The notes: a model not told the origin generated them from the letters alone. Shown: positions 46,735 to 57,196, numbered from the stretch's first letter. The stretch is 64,000 bases of DNA from an uncultured Chloroflexia bacterium (GCA_963752475.1 CAVVYR010000007.1:128001-192000), one strand, 5' to 3'. Numbers and translations are program-made.

Positions 46735-47502
46735 ATGAAGCACGCCCGAGAGGGCGGCCCCGTGCGGTACCGCGCACGGGTCGAATACGACGGCACGGAG
46801 TTCGCCGGCTTCCAGGCTCAGCCTGGTCGTCGGACCGTCCAGGGAGAGCTGGAACGCGTCCTGACCCACCTTGTTGGTGAGTCGGGGTTCCGGATCAAAG
46901 CGGCCGGTCGGACGGACGCCGGGGTGCATGCCACCGGGCAGGTGATCGCGTTCACCTGGCAGGGTGGCATCGATGCCAGGGAGCTCGGTCAGGCGATCGG
47001 GGCGCTACTGCCCCCGGACGTCGCGATCGGCCCGCTGACACGGGTAGCGCTCGACTTCGATCCTCGTCGCGCCGCGACGAGGCGGGAGTACCGCTACAGC
47101 ATCTGGACGGGACCGCGGAAGCCACTGGGCAACCGCTACCGCTACGAACTCGACGAACCGCTCGATGCCGAGGTCATGCACGCGGCCGCCCAGATCCTGG
47201 TCGGCAGGCACGACTTCGCACCCTTCGGGCGCGTTCAGCGCACCTCGGTCCGGACGCTCCACGAGATCCGGGTCCGCAGGCAGGGGCACCTGGTCACGAT
47301 CGACGTGAGCGGTGACGCCTTCCTGCAGCAGATGGTGCGCAGCATCGTGGCCGCGCTCATCCGGATCGGGATGGGACGGGCCACGGCAGAGGACCTCGAA
47401 CGGGAGCTGCGCTCGCCGGGACGGGCCTTCGACGGGGCGATCGTCCCCGCCCACGGGCTTTGCCTGCGGCGGGTGGTGATCGGGCCGAAACGAACCAGGT
47501 AG
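46735..47502 (+). CDS. truA: tRNA pseudouridine(38-40) synthase TruA
   Basis: [34 protein letters not shown]. Confidence 0.96.
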   Translation: MKHAREGGPVRYRARVEYDGTEFAGFQAQPGRRTVQGELERVLTHLVGESGFRIKAAGRTDAGVHATGQVIAFTWQGGIDARELGQAIGALLPPDVAIGPLTRVALDFDPRRAATRREYRYSIWTGPRKPLGNRYRYELDEPLDAEVMHAAAQILVGRHDFAPFGRVQRTSVRTLHEIRVRRQGHLVTIDVSGDAFLQQMVRSIVAALIRIGMGRATAEDLERELRSPGRAFDGAIVPAHGLCLRRVVIGPKRTR

Positions 47503-47527
47503 ACGACAAGGAAGCACGACAGGGGCC

Positions 47528-47971
47528 ATGAGCAGGACCTACACGCCAAAGGCAAGTGAGATCGAACGCCAGTGGCTGGTCGTCGATGCCGACGGTCAGA
47601 CGCTCGGCCGTCTCGCCACGCGTGTGGCGCGGCTGCTGACGGGCAAGCACAAGCCGACCTACTCGACACACATCGACACCGGCGATCACGTCATCGTCAT
47701 CAATGCCGAGAAGATCAAGGTCACCGGTGACAAGCTGGAGTCCAAGCACTACTACCGACACAGCGGCTACCCCGGTGGTTTCCGCGAGGAGAAGCTGAGC
47801 CATCTGCTGGAGCGGCGGCCCGAGGAGGTCGTCCGTCGCGCGGTCAAGGGCATGGTCCCGCACACGCGCCTCGGCACCCAGCAGCTGCGTAAGCTCAAGG
47901 TCTACGCCGGCAAGGAGCACCCGCACGAGGCACAGCAGCCGGTCGAGGCCCCGGCAGGAGGCGCGTACTAG
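47528..47971 (+). CDS. rplM: 50S ribosomal protein L13
   Basis: [31 protein letters not shown]. Confidence 0.98.
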   Translation: MSRTYTPKASEIERQWLVVDADGQTLGRLATRVARLLTGKHKPTYSTHIDTGDHVIVINAEKIKVTGDKLESKHYYRHSGYPGGFREEKLSHLLERRPEEVVRRAVKGMVPHTRLGTQQLRKLKVYAGKEHPHEAQQPVEAPAGGAY

Positions 47972-48367
47972 ATGAACCAGGTCGCATTCTTCGAAGGCAC
48001 CGGCCGCCGCAAGACGGCCATCGCACGCGTCCGCCTGCTCACTGGTGAGGGTGAGGTCGTGGTCAATGGCCGCAGCCTGGAGGAGCACTTCGGCAACGCC
48101 GTCGATCTGCAGGACATCCTCATGCCCTTCCGTGTCACTGGCACCGAAGGCAAGTTCAACGCCATGATCAAGGTGCACGGCGGCGGCCATCACGGCCAGG
48201 CCGGAGCCATCCGCCACGGCATCGCCCGCGCCATCCTGCAGTCGGACCCAGAGTCCCGCGTGTCGCTGCGCCAGGCCGGCCTCCTCTCTCGCGACCCGCG
48301 CATGAAGGAGCGCAAGAAGTACGGCCTCAAGCGAGCCCGCAAGGCGCCGCAGTTCACCAAGCGCTAG
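47972..48367 (+). CDS. rpsI: 30S ribosomal protein S9
   Basis: [37 protein letters not shown]. Confidence 0.98.
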   Translation: MNQVAFFEGTGRRKTAIARVRLLTGEGEVVVNGRSLEEHFGNAVDLQDILMPFRVTGTEGKFNAMIKVHGGGHHGQAGAIRHGIARAILQSDPESRVSLRQAGLLSRDPRMKERKKYGLKRARKAPQFTKR

Positions 48368-48417
48368 TCGCGCACCGCGCCGATCGGACGCGGCCACCAC
48401 AACACCTCTCGACGCGG

Positions 48418-48503
48418 CCGGGGTGGGGAACCACCCCGGACTGTCGGCCACTGCACCTATCTACAGCCCGGGACCTTCGTGGCATCGTCCCGGGCTCGTT
48501 GCT
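48418..48503 (+). terminator. Two hairpins after rpsI; the second is terminator-like
   Basis: CCGGGGTGG-GGAA-CCACCCCGG (48418-48439) and AGCCCGGGAC/GTCCCGGGCT (48465-48496) followed by CGTTGCT. Confidence 0.55.
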
Positions 48504-48521
48504 GTCTGAGACTGGTTCACG

Positions 48522-49259
48522 ATGAGTGAGTCTGTCTCCGTTCGCTACAAGGAGGCGCTCCAGCGCGGCCACGTGGCCGTGGTCAAGGGACGACCTCGGG
48601 AGGCCATCGGCCACTATCGGGACGCTGCCGAGCTGGTGCCCGACCGGCCATTGCCGTACACGCGTATGGGCCATATCTACCTGCAGATGGAGCAGCCGCG
48701 CGAGGCCCTCGCCGCATTCGAGGAGGCGCTCGCTCGCGCGCCGTCCGAGCGCGAGGCACTGGAGGGCAAGGCCGCGGTACTGGCGGCCACGGGCCGGGCC
48801 CAGGAGGCAGGCGACGCCCGTTCTCGCGCCGTCGAGCTGGCTGCCCGGGAGCAAGCCGGCCATTCTGGCCGCCGGCGGGCCGACCCACGCCTGCTCGAGA
48901 TCGAGCGGCACATCATCAACGGCGCCGCAGCGCGAGCTGCGGGCGACCTGGGCGTGGCATCGGTGGCGTACCTCACCGCGGCCAACGGCTTCGTCGCCAT
49001 CGACGAACTCGATGCCGCCATCGACGCCTGCCTGCGGGGACTCGAGGCACGACCGGGCAACATCGACATCCACTTCGTCATGGCGATGCTCTATCTGCGC
49101 CGCGGCTGGACGCAGTTGGGCGTGGAGCGGGTGGCGCTCATCGAGCACCGCCTCGATATCGATGACGACCAGCTGCGGCGCAACGCACTCGCAGCCCTCG
49201 CCCGTGACTTCCGCACGCGTGCGCCGGAGCTCGAGCGCCTCGCCGCCAACGCGCCCTGA
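48522..49259 (+). CDS. Tetratricopeptide-repeat protein of unknown function
   Basis: TPR-like helical repeats (EAIGHYRDAAELVP, MGHIYLQMEQPREALAAFEEALARAP, AIDACLRGLEARP); GC3-rich coding bias. Confidence 0.75.
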   Translation: MSESVSVRYKEALQRGHVAVVKGRPREAIGHYRDAAELVPDRPLPYTRMGHIYLQMEQPREALAAFEEALARAPSEREALEGKAAVLAATGRAQEAGDARSRAVELAAREQAGHSGRRRADPRLLEIERHIINGAAARAAGDLGVASVAYLTAANGFVAIDELDAAIDACLRGLEARPGNIDIHFVMAMLYLRRGWTQLGVERVALIEHRLDIDDDQLRRNALAALARDFRTRAPELERLAANAP

Positions 49260-49314
49260 CCCGCGCCCTGACCCGGGCCCTGCCTGCGCGCGGCGGTGGT
49301 AGTCTCAGCCGCAG

Positions 49315-50190
49315 ATGGATCAGCTGCGTGACCTAGCCGCGGATCTGCGGATCGAACCGAGCGCACTGCTCGACATCTTCCTGACCGCAGTCCTCATCTA
49401 CCTTGTGCTCCGCCTCATCCAGGGCACGCGCGCGGTGCGCCTGGCCATCGGTGCGGCCATCGTCTACGGCGTCTACGTCTTTGCCCTCGAGCTCGATCTG
49501 CGGCTGCTTTCGGGCATCCTCCAGACCGGCGCCGTCGTCGGCCTCATCGCCCTTGTGGTCGTGTTCCAGCCGGAGCTGCGCCGTGGTCTCGATCGCATCG
49601 GTCGCGTGGGCACCTTCACCTTCCTCGGTGACAACGGCCCCGGCGGCTACCAGCGTGTGGCCGGGCTGCTCGCGGCCTCGGCCGCCAAGCTCTCACGGCG
49701 TCGCACCGGCGCGCTCATCATCATCGAGCGGGATACCGGTCTCGGCGACATGGCCGAGACCGGGGTGATGGTCCACGCCGAGCTCACCGCGGAGTTGCTG
49801 GCCTCGCTCTTCGCCCCCGGTTACCCACTCCACGACGGGGCCGTGCTGGTCCAGGGCCACGAGATCGTCGCCGCCGGCGTGATGCTGCCGCTGGCCGAGC
49901 GCGAAGGTTCGCTGGAGGACTACGGCACCCGCCACCGTGCGGCCCTTGGCATCACCGAGCAGACCGATGCGGTGGCTATCGTGGTCAGCGAGGAGAGCGG
50001 CTCCATCGGCCTCGCGGTCGGCGGCGACCTCGTGCGCCAGCTCGACGAGGACGAGTTGCGCCAGCGGCTGTACGGGCTGCTGGCGCCCGACGATGTCGGC
50101 AGCCGTGCCCGCCGCCTCTCGCTGCGCAACCACCGGGCGGAGGACGCCGGGGCCGCTGTCGACACCGACGACGAGGGGGCATCCACGTGA
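49315..50190 (+). CDS. cdaA: Diadenylate cyclase CdaA (membrane-anchored DAC)
   Basis: Three N-terminal TM segments, VVFQPELRR, catalytic HDGA and GTRHRAALG motifs, VVSEESG. Confidence 0.95.
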   Translation: MDQLRDLAADLRIEPSALLDIFLTAVLIYLVLRLIQGTRAVRLAIGAAIVYGVYVFALELDLRLLSGILQTGAVVGLIALVVVFQPELRRGLDRIGRVGTFTFLGDNGPGGYQRVAGLLAASAAKLSRRRTGALIIIERDTGLGDMAETGVMVHAELTAELLASLFAPGYPLHDGAVLVQGHEIVAAGVMLPLAEREGSLEDYGTRHRAALGITEQTDAVAIVVSEESGSIGLAVGGDLVRQLDEDELRQRLYGLLAPDDVGSRARRLSLRNHRAEDAGAAVDTDDEGAST

Positions 50191-51401
50191 GCGCGATCAG
50201 CCGCATGCTCTTCAGCAACTGGCCGCTCAAGCTCACCGCGCTGGGCCTTGCGGTCGTGCTCTACATGGGCGTGGCCATCTCCGAGTCAACGCGTTCCTGG
50301 GCTGGCCCGGTGCCTATCGAGGTCCTCAACGCACCCACCGGTGGCGCTCTGCTCGACGACCCTGGCGTCGTCGAGACCATCGAGTTCCGGGCGTCCGACG
50401 ATATCGCCGAGGCGCTCACCAACGACAGCTTCCGCGCCTCCATCGACCTCTCCGCGGTCGAGCCACGCCCCGGTGCCAACACGGTCGAGGTGCCGGTCGA
50501 TGTCTTCCCCGTCGACCCCCGCGTTCGCGTCGTGGACTACGATCCGCCGGGCGTCACCGTTCGCGTCGATGCCGTCGTCTCGCGCCAGCTGCCGGTCGAG
50601 GTCGAGCACGGCCCCTTGCCCGATGGCATCGAGCTCGGGCCGGTCATCGTCGATCCCAACCAAGCCGTCATCAGCGGCGCCTCGTCTCGCCTGCAGAACG
50701 TGCGCACGGTCGAGGGCCGCTTCGTGGTCGACGCCAGTGGTCTCAACATCGACCAGGACGTCGCGCTCGAGGCCTTCGACGAGGACGGGGCCATCGTGCC
50801 GGGCGTGGACGTCGAGCCGTCGAGCGCCAGGATCCGGGCCGACGTGGCCCGCCAGTTGGCCTATGCCACCCTGCCGGTCATCCCGGAGCTCACCGGTGAG
50901 CCGGCCCACGGGCGCCGAGTGGACAACGTCTCGGTCCTGCCGGCGACGGTCACCGTCAGCGGTGAGAGTCCGGACGTGCGTGGTCTCGAGCTCGTCACCA
51001 CCGAGCCGCTCGATATCAGCGACCGATCGATCGAACTGGTGGCCGAGGTGCCGCTGGCGCTTCCCGAGGAGGTCACGACCGCTGGCGAGGGCCTCGTCAC
51101 CGTCATCGTCACCTTCACCGAGTCGCTCGGATCACGCAGCTACGAGGTGGGCACGGCCCTGACCGGGGCACAGCCCGAGTTCACCTACCAGGTGGAGGAA
51201 CCGTCGGTCGCAGTGATCCTGTCAGGGCCGGTGGCGCAGCTCGACGAACTCACTGTCAGCGAGGTCAGCGCGGAGGTGCCGGTGGCCGATCTCGAGGTGG
51301 GTGACAATGAGGTCATGCCCATCGTTTCGACCCCCCGCGGCACCGAGGTGGTCCGCATCACTCCCGAGACCGTGCGCGTCACGGTCGCCGAAGCCCCGTG
51401 A
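50187..51401 (+). CDS. cdaR: CdaR/YbbR-like regulator of CdaA
   Basis: NWPLKLTALGLAVVLY signal anchor, repeated beta-rich YbbR-like domains; position cdaA-X-glmM. Confidence 0.85.
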   Translation: MSAISRMLFSNWPLKLTALGLAVVLYMGVAISESTRSWAGPVPIEVLNAPTGGALLDDPGVVETIEFRASDDIAEALTNDSFRASIDLSAVEPRPGANTVEVPVDVFPVDPRVRVVDYDPPGVTVRVDAVVSRQLPVEVEHGPLPDGIELGPVIVDPNQAVISGASSRLQNVRTVEGRFVVDASGLNIDQDVALEAFDEDGAIVPGVDVEPSSARIRADVARQLAYATLPVIPELTGEPAHGRRVDNVSVLPATVTVSGESPDVRGLELVTTEPLDISDRSIELVAEVPLALPEEVTTAGEGLVTVIVTFTESLGSRSYEVGTALTGAQPEFTYQVEEPSVAVILSGPVAQLDELTVSEVSAEVPVADLEVGDNEVMPIVSTPRGTEVVRITPETVRVTVAEAP

Positions 51402-52735
51402 GCAACCTCTTCGGAACCGACGGTATCCGGGGTGTCGCCAACGAGGATCTGAAACCATCGCTGGCCCATGCTCTGGGTCGTGCCCTGGCCACCCGTCTGG
51501 CCGGGCCCGGCGGCCACATCCTGGTGGGCCAGGACACGCGCCGTTCGGGTGACATGCTCGTAGCCGCGCTGATGTCCGGCGGCACCAGCGCCGGTGCCCA
51601 TGTGCACTCGCTGGGCGTCTGTCCCACGCCTGCGCTGGCCCACGTCACCGCGGTCGGCGAGTACGCCGTCGGCGTCATGGTCAGCGCTTCCCACAACCCC
51701 GCCGAGGACAACGGGCTGAAGGTCCTCAGCGGCAAGGGGCTGAAGCTCGACGACGAGATGGAGGACGAGCTCGAGACGCTCATCATCCGCTCGGAGGAGC
51801 TGGGCAGCCCGCGCAACGACGAGCTCGGCCGGGTCGTGGACTCGCGGGACGACATGCGCCACTACCTCGATCACCGGCTGGGCATGGCGCGTGCCATCGG
51901 CTCCGACCTGCGCGTCCATGTCGACTGTGCCAACGGCTCGGCCTCCGCGGTCGCCCGCGACATCCTGGCCGCTTCCGGTGCCCGAGTGACCGCGCACTTC
52001 GACGCGCCCGACGGACTCAACATCAACCGCGACTGCGGTGCGACCGTGCCCGAGACCATGGCGGGCGTCGTGGCCCAACAGGGTGGCGACGTGGGCTTCA
52101 GCCTCGACGGCGACGCGGACCGCTGCGTCGCCGTCGACGAGCGTGGCCAGGTCGTCGATGGCGACCAGCTGCTGGGCATCATCGCCCTCGACCGCCTCGC
52201 CCGCGGGGCCCTCGCAGAGGACACGATGGTCGTGACCATCCTCAGCAACGGTGGCCTTGCCCGGGCCGTGGAGCAGGCTGGCGGGCGTGTGCTGCGCACC
52301 AAGGTCGGCGATCGCTACATCGTGGAGTCGATGCTTGTCTCGGGCGCCGGGCTCGGCGGCGAGAAGAGCGGCCACGTCATCGTGCGTGAGCACACCTCCA
52401 CCGGCGACGGCATCGTCACCGCGCTCGAGGTCCTCGACGTCCTTGCTCGCACCGGCAAGCCGCTGAGCGAGTTGGCCGGCCGCATCCCCCTCGACCCGCA
52501 GGAGCAGCGCGCGGTGCGCGTGAAGACGAAGGAGTGGCGGGCTGACCGCGTGTTCGCCGATGCCGTCGCCGCCGCCGAGGCCGAGATGGAGGGGGAAGGC
52601 CGCGTGGTGGTCCGGCCTTCAGGCACCGAACCACGCATGCGCGTGATGGTCGAGGGACGGGATCAGGGGCGCGTGCTGCGACTGGCCAATGAGCTCGCGG
52701 CCCTGGCCGCGGAGCGACTCAACCAGGAGCGCTAG
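51398..52735 (+). CDS. glmM: Phosphoglucosamine mutase
   Basis: FGTDGIRG, SASHNP, DGDADR, GGEKSGH, RPSGTEP. Confidence 0.96.
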   Translation: MSNLFGTDGIRGVANEDLKPSLAHALGRALATRLAGPGGHILVGQDTRRSGDMLVAALMSGGTSAGAHVHSLGVCPTPALAHVTAVGEYAVGVMVSASHNPAEDNGLKVLSGKGLKLDDEMEDELETLIIRSEELGSPRNDELGRVVDSRDDMRHYLDHRLGMARAIGSDLRVHVDCANGSASAVARDILAASGARVTAHFDAPDGLNINRDCGATVPETMAGVVAQQGGDVGFSLDGDADRCVAVDERGQVVDGDQLLGIIALDRLARGALAEDTMVVTILSNGGLARAVEQAGGRVLRTKVGDRYIVESMLVSGAGLGGEKSGHVIVREHTSTGDGIVTALEVLDVLARTGKPLSELAGRIPLDPQEQRAVRVKTKEWRADRVFADAVAAAEAEMEGEGRVVVRPSGTEPRMRVMVEGRDQGRVLRLANELAALAAERLNQER

Positions 52736-52738
52736 AAC

Positions 52739-54568
52739 GTGTGTGGCATCGTCGGCTACGTCGGACATCAGCAAGCGGCCCCGGTGCTGCTCGAGGGCCT
52801 CGCGCGCCTCGAATACCGCGGCTACGACTCCGCGGGCATCGCGCTCTCGACACAGGACGGCGACCTCTTCATCCACAAGCGCGCGGGCAAGATCTCGGTC
52901 CTGCGCGAGTCGCTGGCCGACGGCACGCCCGCTGCGACGGCCGGCCTGGGACACACCCGCTGGGCCACGCACGGACGCCCCAACGACCTCAACGCTCACC
53001 CGCACATCGATTGCACCGGCGAGCTGACGGTCATCCACAACGGCATCATCGAGAACTTCATCGAACTGCGCGAGGAGCTCGAAGCCGCCGGCCACGTGCT
53101 CGATACCGAGACCGACACCGAAGCCATCGCGCACCTCGTGGAGGAGGCCTACGAGGGCGATCTCTCCGAGGCCGTGCGGGTCGCCCTGCAGCGGGCCCAT
53201 GGCGCCTATGCCCTGGCTGTCATCCACAAGGGCGAGCCCGATCGCGTGGTGGGGGCCAAGATGAATGTTCCCCTCATCGTGGGCCTCGGCACCGACGAGG
53301 CCTTCCTGGCCTCCGACGTGGCCGCCGTGCTGGCGCACACTCGTGACGTCATCTTCCTCGAGGAAGGGGACGTGGCCGACATCCGCCCGGGTTCGGTGGC
53401 CATCACCGACATCGTGGGCCGCGAACAGGAGCGCCCGCTCGCGCACATCGAGTGGGACATCGAGGACGCCGAGAAGGGCGGCTACGAGCACTACATGCTC
53501 AAGGAGATGCACGAGCAGCCGGAGGCCATCCGGGCCGCTGTCGCCGGGCGCATCCACGAGGACGAGGTGCGCGTGCCGGAGCTGGAGCCGCTGAAGCCGA
53601 TCCTGCCGTACATCGAACGCATCGAGCTCATCGCCTGCGGCTCGGCCGCCTACGCCGCGGCCGTGGCTGCCACCGCGCTGCAGGCCTGGACCGGCCTGCC
53701 CGCGCGCTGGAACGTGGGCTCCGAGTTCCGCTACGACCCGCCGCCGCTGGACCAGAAGACGCTGGTCATCGCGGTCACGCAGTCGGGCGAGACCGCCGAC
53801 ACGCTCGCGCCCACCCGCCTGGCACGTGAGAAGGGCTGCCCCGTCGTGGCCGTGACCAACACCGTCGGCTCGGCCATCACACGCGAGGCCGACGCGGTGC
53901 TCTTCCTGCAGGCCGGTCCCGAGATCGCGGTCGTGGCCACCAAGACCTACGTGACGCAGGTCGTGACGCTGCTACTGGTAGCGGCCCAGATGGCCAAGTC
54001 GCGCGGTCACCTCGACGAGCTCTACGAGAAGGCACTGGTAGAGGGGCTGCGCGCGCTGCCGGCCAACGCCGAGCGCACCATCGAGCTGAACGAGGCCATG
54101 GCCGGCGAGCTGGCCCGCCGGTACGCAGGCTCGCGTGGCTACATGTACGTCGGTCGTGGCATCACCTACCCCGCCGCGCTGGAGGGTGCGCTCAAGCTCA
54201 AGGAGGTCAGCTACGTCCACGCTGAGGGCTACGCGGCCGGCGAGCTGAAGCACGGACCCATCTCGCTGCTCGATGCGGAGGTGCCGTTGGTGGCGGTAGC
54301 CACGCGCACGGCCGTGCACGACAAGCTCGTGAGCAACCTCATGGAGGGTCGTGCCCGCGACGCCCGCGTCATCGCCGTCGTGACCGAGGGCGATGATCGC
54401 ATGAAGGCCGTGGCCGACGACATCATGTGGGTGCCACCGACGGTCGAGATGCTGAGCCCGGTCCTGGCCGTCATCCCACTCCAGCTGTTCGCCTATCACA
54501 CTGCCGTCGAGCGCGGCACCAACGTCGACCAGCCACGCAACCTGGCCAAGTCGGTGACGGTCGAGTGA
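52739..54568 (+). CDS. glmS: Glutamine--fructose-6-phosphate aminotransferase
   Basis: MCGIVGY, GHTRWATHG, QSGETADT, ELKHGP, DQPRNLAKSVTVE. Confidence 0.98.
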   Translation: MCGIVGYVGHQQAAPVLLEGLARLEYRGYDSAGIALSTQDGDLFIHKRAGKISVLRESLADGTPAATAGLGHTRWATHGRPNDLNAHPHIDCTGELTVIHNGIIENFIELREELEAAGHVLDTETDTEAIAHLVEEAYEGDLSEAVRVALQRAHGAYALAVIHKGEPDRVVGAKMNVPLIVGLGTDEAFLASDVAAVLAHTRDVIFLEEGDVADIRPGSVAITDIVGREQERPLAHIEWDIEDAEKGGYEHYMLKEMHEQPEAIRAAVAGRIHEDEVRVPELEPLKPILPYIERIELIACGSAAYAAAVAATALQAWTGLPARWNVGSEFRYDPPPLDQKTLVIAVTQSGETADTLAPTRLAREKGCPVVAVTNTVGSAITREADAVLFLQAGPEIAVVATKTYVTQVVTLLLVAAQMAKSRGHLDELYEKALVEGLRALPANAERTIELNEAMAGELARRYAGSRGYMYVGRGITYPAALEGALKLKEVSYVHAEGYAAGELKHGPISLLDAEVPLVAVATRTAVHDKLVSNLMEGRARDARVIAVVTEGDDRMKAVADDIMWVPPTVEMLSPVLAVIPLQLFAYHTAVERGTNVDQPRNLAKSVTVE

Positions 54569-55116
54569 CCGAGATCCCCACGCCGCCGCCTGGGGCCCAG
54601 GAGGTGGGCATCGACATCATCAAGGTCGAGCGCATCCGCAAGGCCATCGAGAAGCACGGACGGCGCTTCGCCAAGCGCGTACTGACCGACCACGAAGATG
54701 CCTACGTGCGCGATCGGCCGGAGAACTTCGCCGGTCGTTGGGCGGCCAAGGAGGCCGTCTCGAAGGTCCTCGGTCTGGGGGTGCGCGGCGTCGGCTGGCG
54801 CGAGATCGAGATCATCCGCCTGCCCACGGGTGCGCCGATGTGCCGCCTCCACGAGCGCGCCCTGCGCCGTGCCAACCAACTCGGCATGGAGCGCATCGCG
54901 GTCTCGATCAGCCATGAGCGCGAGTACGCCGTGGCCATCGCGTTCGGCATCCGTACGCAGGGTGGCGAGTTCGTCTTCCCGATCGACATGGAAGCGCGCA
55001 TGGACGACCGCGAGAAGCAGCTGATGGCGCGGATGCGCGACCTGCGCGACCTGCACGCGGAGGTCCAGGCTGCCGAGACCGAGGCGCGCGAGGGCGCCGA
55101 GCGGGAGGCCGAGTGA
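54565..55116 (+). CDS. acpS: Holo-[acyl-carrier-protein] synthase with C-terminal extension
   Basis: GIDIIKVERI, AGRWAAKEAVSKVLG, VSISHE; GTG overlapping the glmS stop (GTGA). Confidence 0.93.
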   Translation: MTEIPTPPPGAQEVGIDIIKVERIRKAIEKHGRRFAKRVLTDHEDAYVRDRPENFAGRWAAKEAVSKVLGLGVRGVGWREIEIIRLPTGAPMCRLHERALRRANQLGMERIAVSISHEREYAVAIAFGIRTQGGEFVFPIDMEARMDDREKQLMARMRDLRDLHAEVQAAETEAREGAEREAE

Positions 55117-56045
55117 CCAGCAGCGACACTGCCCTCATCGACGAGGCCACCGCTGCCGGACTGCTGCCCGAGCGCGATCCGCGCGGCCACAAGGGCACCT
55201 TCGGGCGCGTCGTGGCCGTGGCCGGCTCGCTCGACTTCGCCGGCGCCGGACTCATGGCCGGTGCCGCCGCGCTGCGGGCCGGAAGCGGCCTGGTGACGTT
55301 GTGCGTGCCGGCCTCGCTGCAGGCCGTCATCGCCGGTCGCATGCCCGAGCTGATCACGCACGGCCTGACGGAGACCGCGCCATACGAGCTGGATCCGCAG
55401 GGAAGCCGCTGCCGAGATCGTGGAGTTGCCGCAGGATGCCCTGCTGCTGGGTCCGGGTCTGCCCCGACCCGAGCGAACGCCCGCTTGGTGACTCTGCTGC
55501 TGCGGGCCGACGGCGCTGCCGCGGTCGTCGATGCCGGCGCCCTGGCCGCCCTCGCGAACGCTCCCGGCTGGCCCGCCCGACTGGGTCGCCCGGTCGTGGT
55601 CACACCGCATCCGGGCGAGTTCGCCCGCCTCGGTCGGGAGGCCGGTGAGAGCGATGAGGCGCGTCGTGCCGCCGCCGTCGGGGCGGCGACCGAGTGGGGC
55701 GTGGTCCTGGTGCTGAAGGGCGCGCGCACCGTCATCGCCGCCCCGGACGGCCGCGAGCTGACCGCTGACTTCGAGGTCCCCGCCCTGGGTACCGCCGGCA
55801 GCGGCGATGTGCTGGCCGGGGTCATCACCTCTCTGCTGGGGCAGGGGTTGGCGCCCTTCGAGGCCGCCGCGCTCGGCGTCTACCTCCACGCCCGCGCCGG
55901 CGACGACATCAGCAGCCATCTCGGCGACGCTGGGCTCATGGCCACCGACCTGCTCACGGCCATCCCGCGCGTACGCCGCCACCTGACGTCGCTGCGCGAC
56001 GGCGACGGGCGGCTGGGCTTCGAGGCCCCCGGAGACCCATCGTGA
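55113..56045 (+). CDS. nnrD: ADP/ATP-dependent NAD(P)H-hydrate dehydratase (stand-alone NnrD), with two compensating apparent indels
   Basis: GHKGTFG, GAAALRAGSGLV, VVDAGAL, TPHPGEFARL, LKGA, TAGSGDVLAG. Confidence 0.9.
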   Translation: MTSSDTALIDEATAAGLLPERDPRGHKGTFGRVVAVAGSLDFAGAGLMAGAAALRAGSGLVTLCVPASLQAVIAGRMPELITHGLTETAPYELDPQGSRCRDRGVAAGCPAAGSGSAPTRANARLVTLLLRADGAAAVVDAGALAALANAPGWPARLGRPVVVTPHPGEFARLGREAGESDEARRAAAVGAATEWGVVLVLKGARTVIAAPDGRELTADFEVPALGTAGSGDVLAGVITSLLGQGLAPFEAAALGVYLHARAGDDISSHLGDAGLMATDLLTAIPRVRRHLTSLRDGDGRLGFEAPGDPS

Positions 56046-57196
56046 TCGACCGCCGCGGCGCCTGGCTGGACATCGACCTCGATGCCATCCACCACAACAT
56101 CGGGCTCATCCGCACGGTCGTAGGCGACGCCGCCGTAGCCCAGGTGGTCAAGGCCGAGGCCTACGGGCACGGCATGATCCCCGTCAGCCGGGCCATCGAG
56201 CAGGTGGTCGATGCGCTCTGCGTGGCCACGCTCGACGAGGCCATCGCGCTTCGGCCGCACGTCTCGAAGCGGATCATCATGCTCTACCCGGTGCCGCATC
56301 CGGCGGTGCCCGAGGCGCTCGAGCTGGAGGTCGAGCTGCCGGTCATGTCGGCCGCCGATCTCGAGGCCATCAGCGATGCCGTGCCCGAGGGACGTGCGCC
56401 AGTCCGCATCCATCTCGGCGTCGAGACCGGCATGGGCCGTGGCGGTCTGCAACCGGAGAACGTGGTCGCGGTCGCTGCAGCGGCGCACGCCGATCCACGC
56501 TTCGAGCTGGCCGGGCTCTGGTCCCATCTGCATAGCCCCGAGGATCCACCGACCTCGGACGGCCAGCTGCTGCGCTTCGACATCGCCGTCACGGCCTTGC
56601 GCGAGGCGCGCGTGCCGGTCCCCCCGCGACATGCCGCCGCCAGCGGCGGCATCTTCACCGGGGACGAGCCGGCGCTCGACTTCGTGCGCCCCGGCGTGGC
56701 CTCCTATGGCGTGCTCGACGACGGGCTGCCCATCGCACCCGACGCTCACGATGCGGCCACCCGGCTGCGCCCGGCGATGTCGCTCAAGGCCCGGCCCATC
56801 GCCTTCTCGCGCGTGCCCGAGGGGGGCACCGTGGGCTATGGCGGGACCTGGCAGGCGGAGCGGGCCTCTCGTATCGCGGTCCTGCCGGTGGGCTACGGCG
56901 ACGGCTACCTGCGCGGCAGCCAGCCGGGTGGACAGGTGCTCGTGCGGGGTCGCCGGCTGCCGCTCGTGGGGCGAGTCTCGATGGACGCGGTGACCGTCGA
57001 CGTCACCGATCTGCCTGGTCTTGACTACACGGAGGAGTTCGTCCTGTTGGGGGCTCAGGGGGACGAGACCATCACCGCTGGGGAACTGGCGCGCCGACGC
57101 AACACCATCGCCTGGGAGGTGCTTACGAGCATGGCTCAGAGACTAGCCCGGGTGTACCATCCTTCGGCCGGTACCGCTGGAGCGGATCGAGACTAA
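56042..57196 (+). CDS. alr: Alanine racemase
   Basis: VVKAEAYGHG (PLP lysine), TGMGRGG, SH, VRPG, VGYGG (catalytic Tyr), GRVSMD. Confidence 0.95.
   Translation: MIDRRGAWLDIDLDAIHHNIGLIRTVVGDAAVAQVVKAEAYGHGMIPVSRAIEQVVDALCVATLDEAIALRPHVSKRIIMLYPVPHPAVPEALELEVELPVMSAADLEAISDAVPEGRAPVRIHLGVETGMGRGGLQPENVVAVAAAAHADPRFELAGLWSHLHSPEDPPTSDGQLLRFDIAVTALREARVPVPPRHAAASGGIFTGDEPALDFVRPGVASYGVLDDGLPIAPDAHDAATRLRPAMSLKARPIAFSRVPEGGTVGYGGTWQAERASRIAVLPVGYGDGYLRGSQPGGQVLVRGRRLPLVGRVSMDAVTVDVTDLPGLDYTEEFVLLGAQGDETITAGELARRRNTIAWEVLTSMAQRLARVYHPSAGTAGADRD

Noticed and set aside
52733-52741. glmS ribozyme
   Set aside because: Only 3 nt between glmM and glmS
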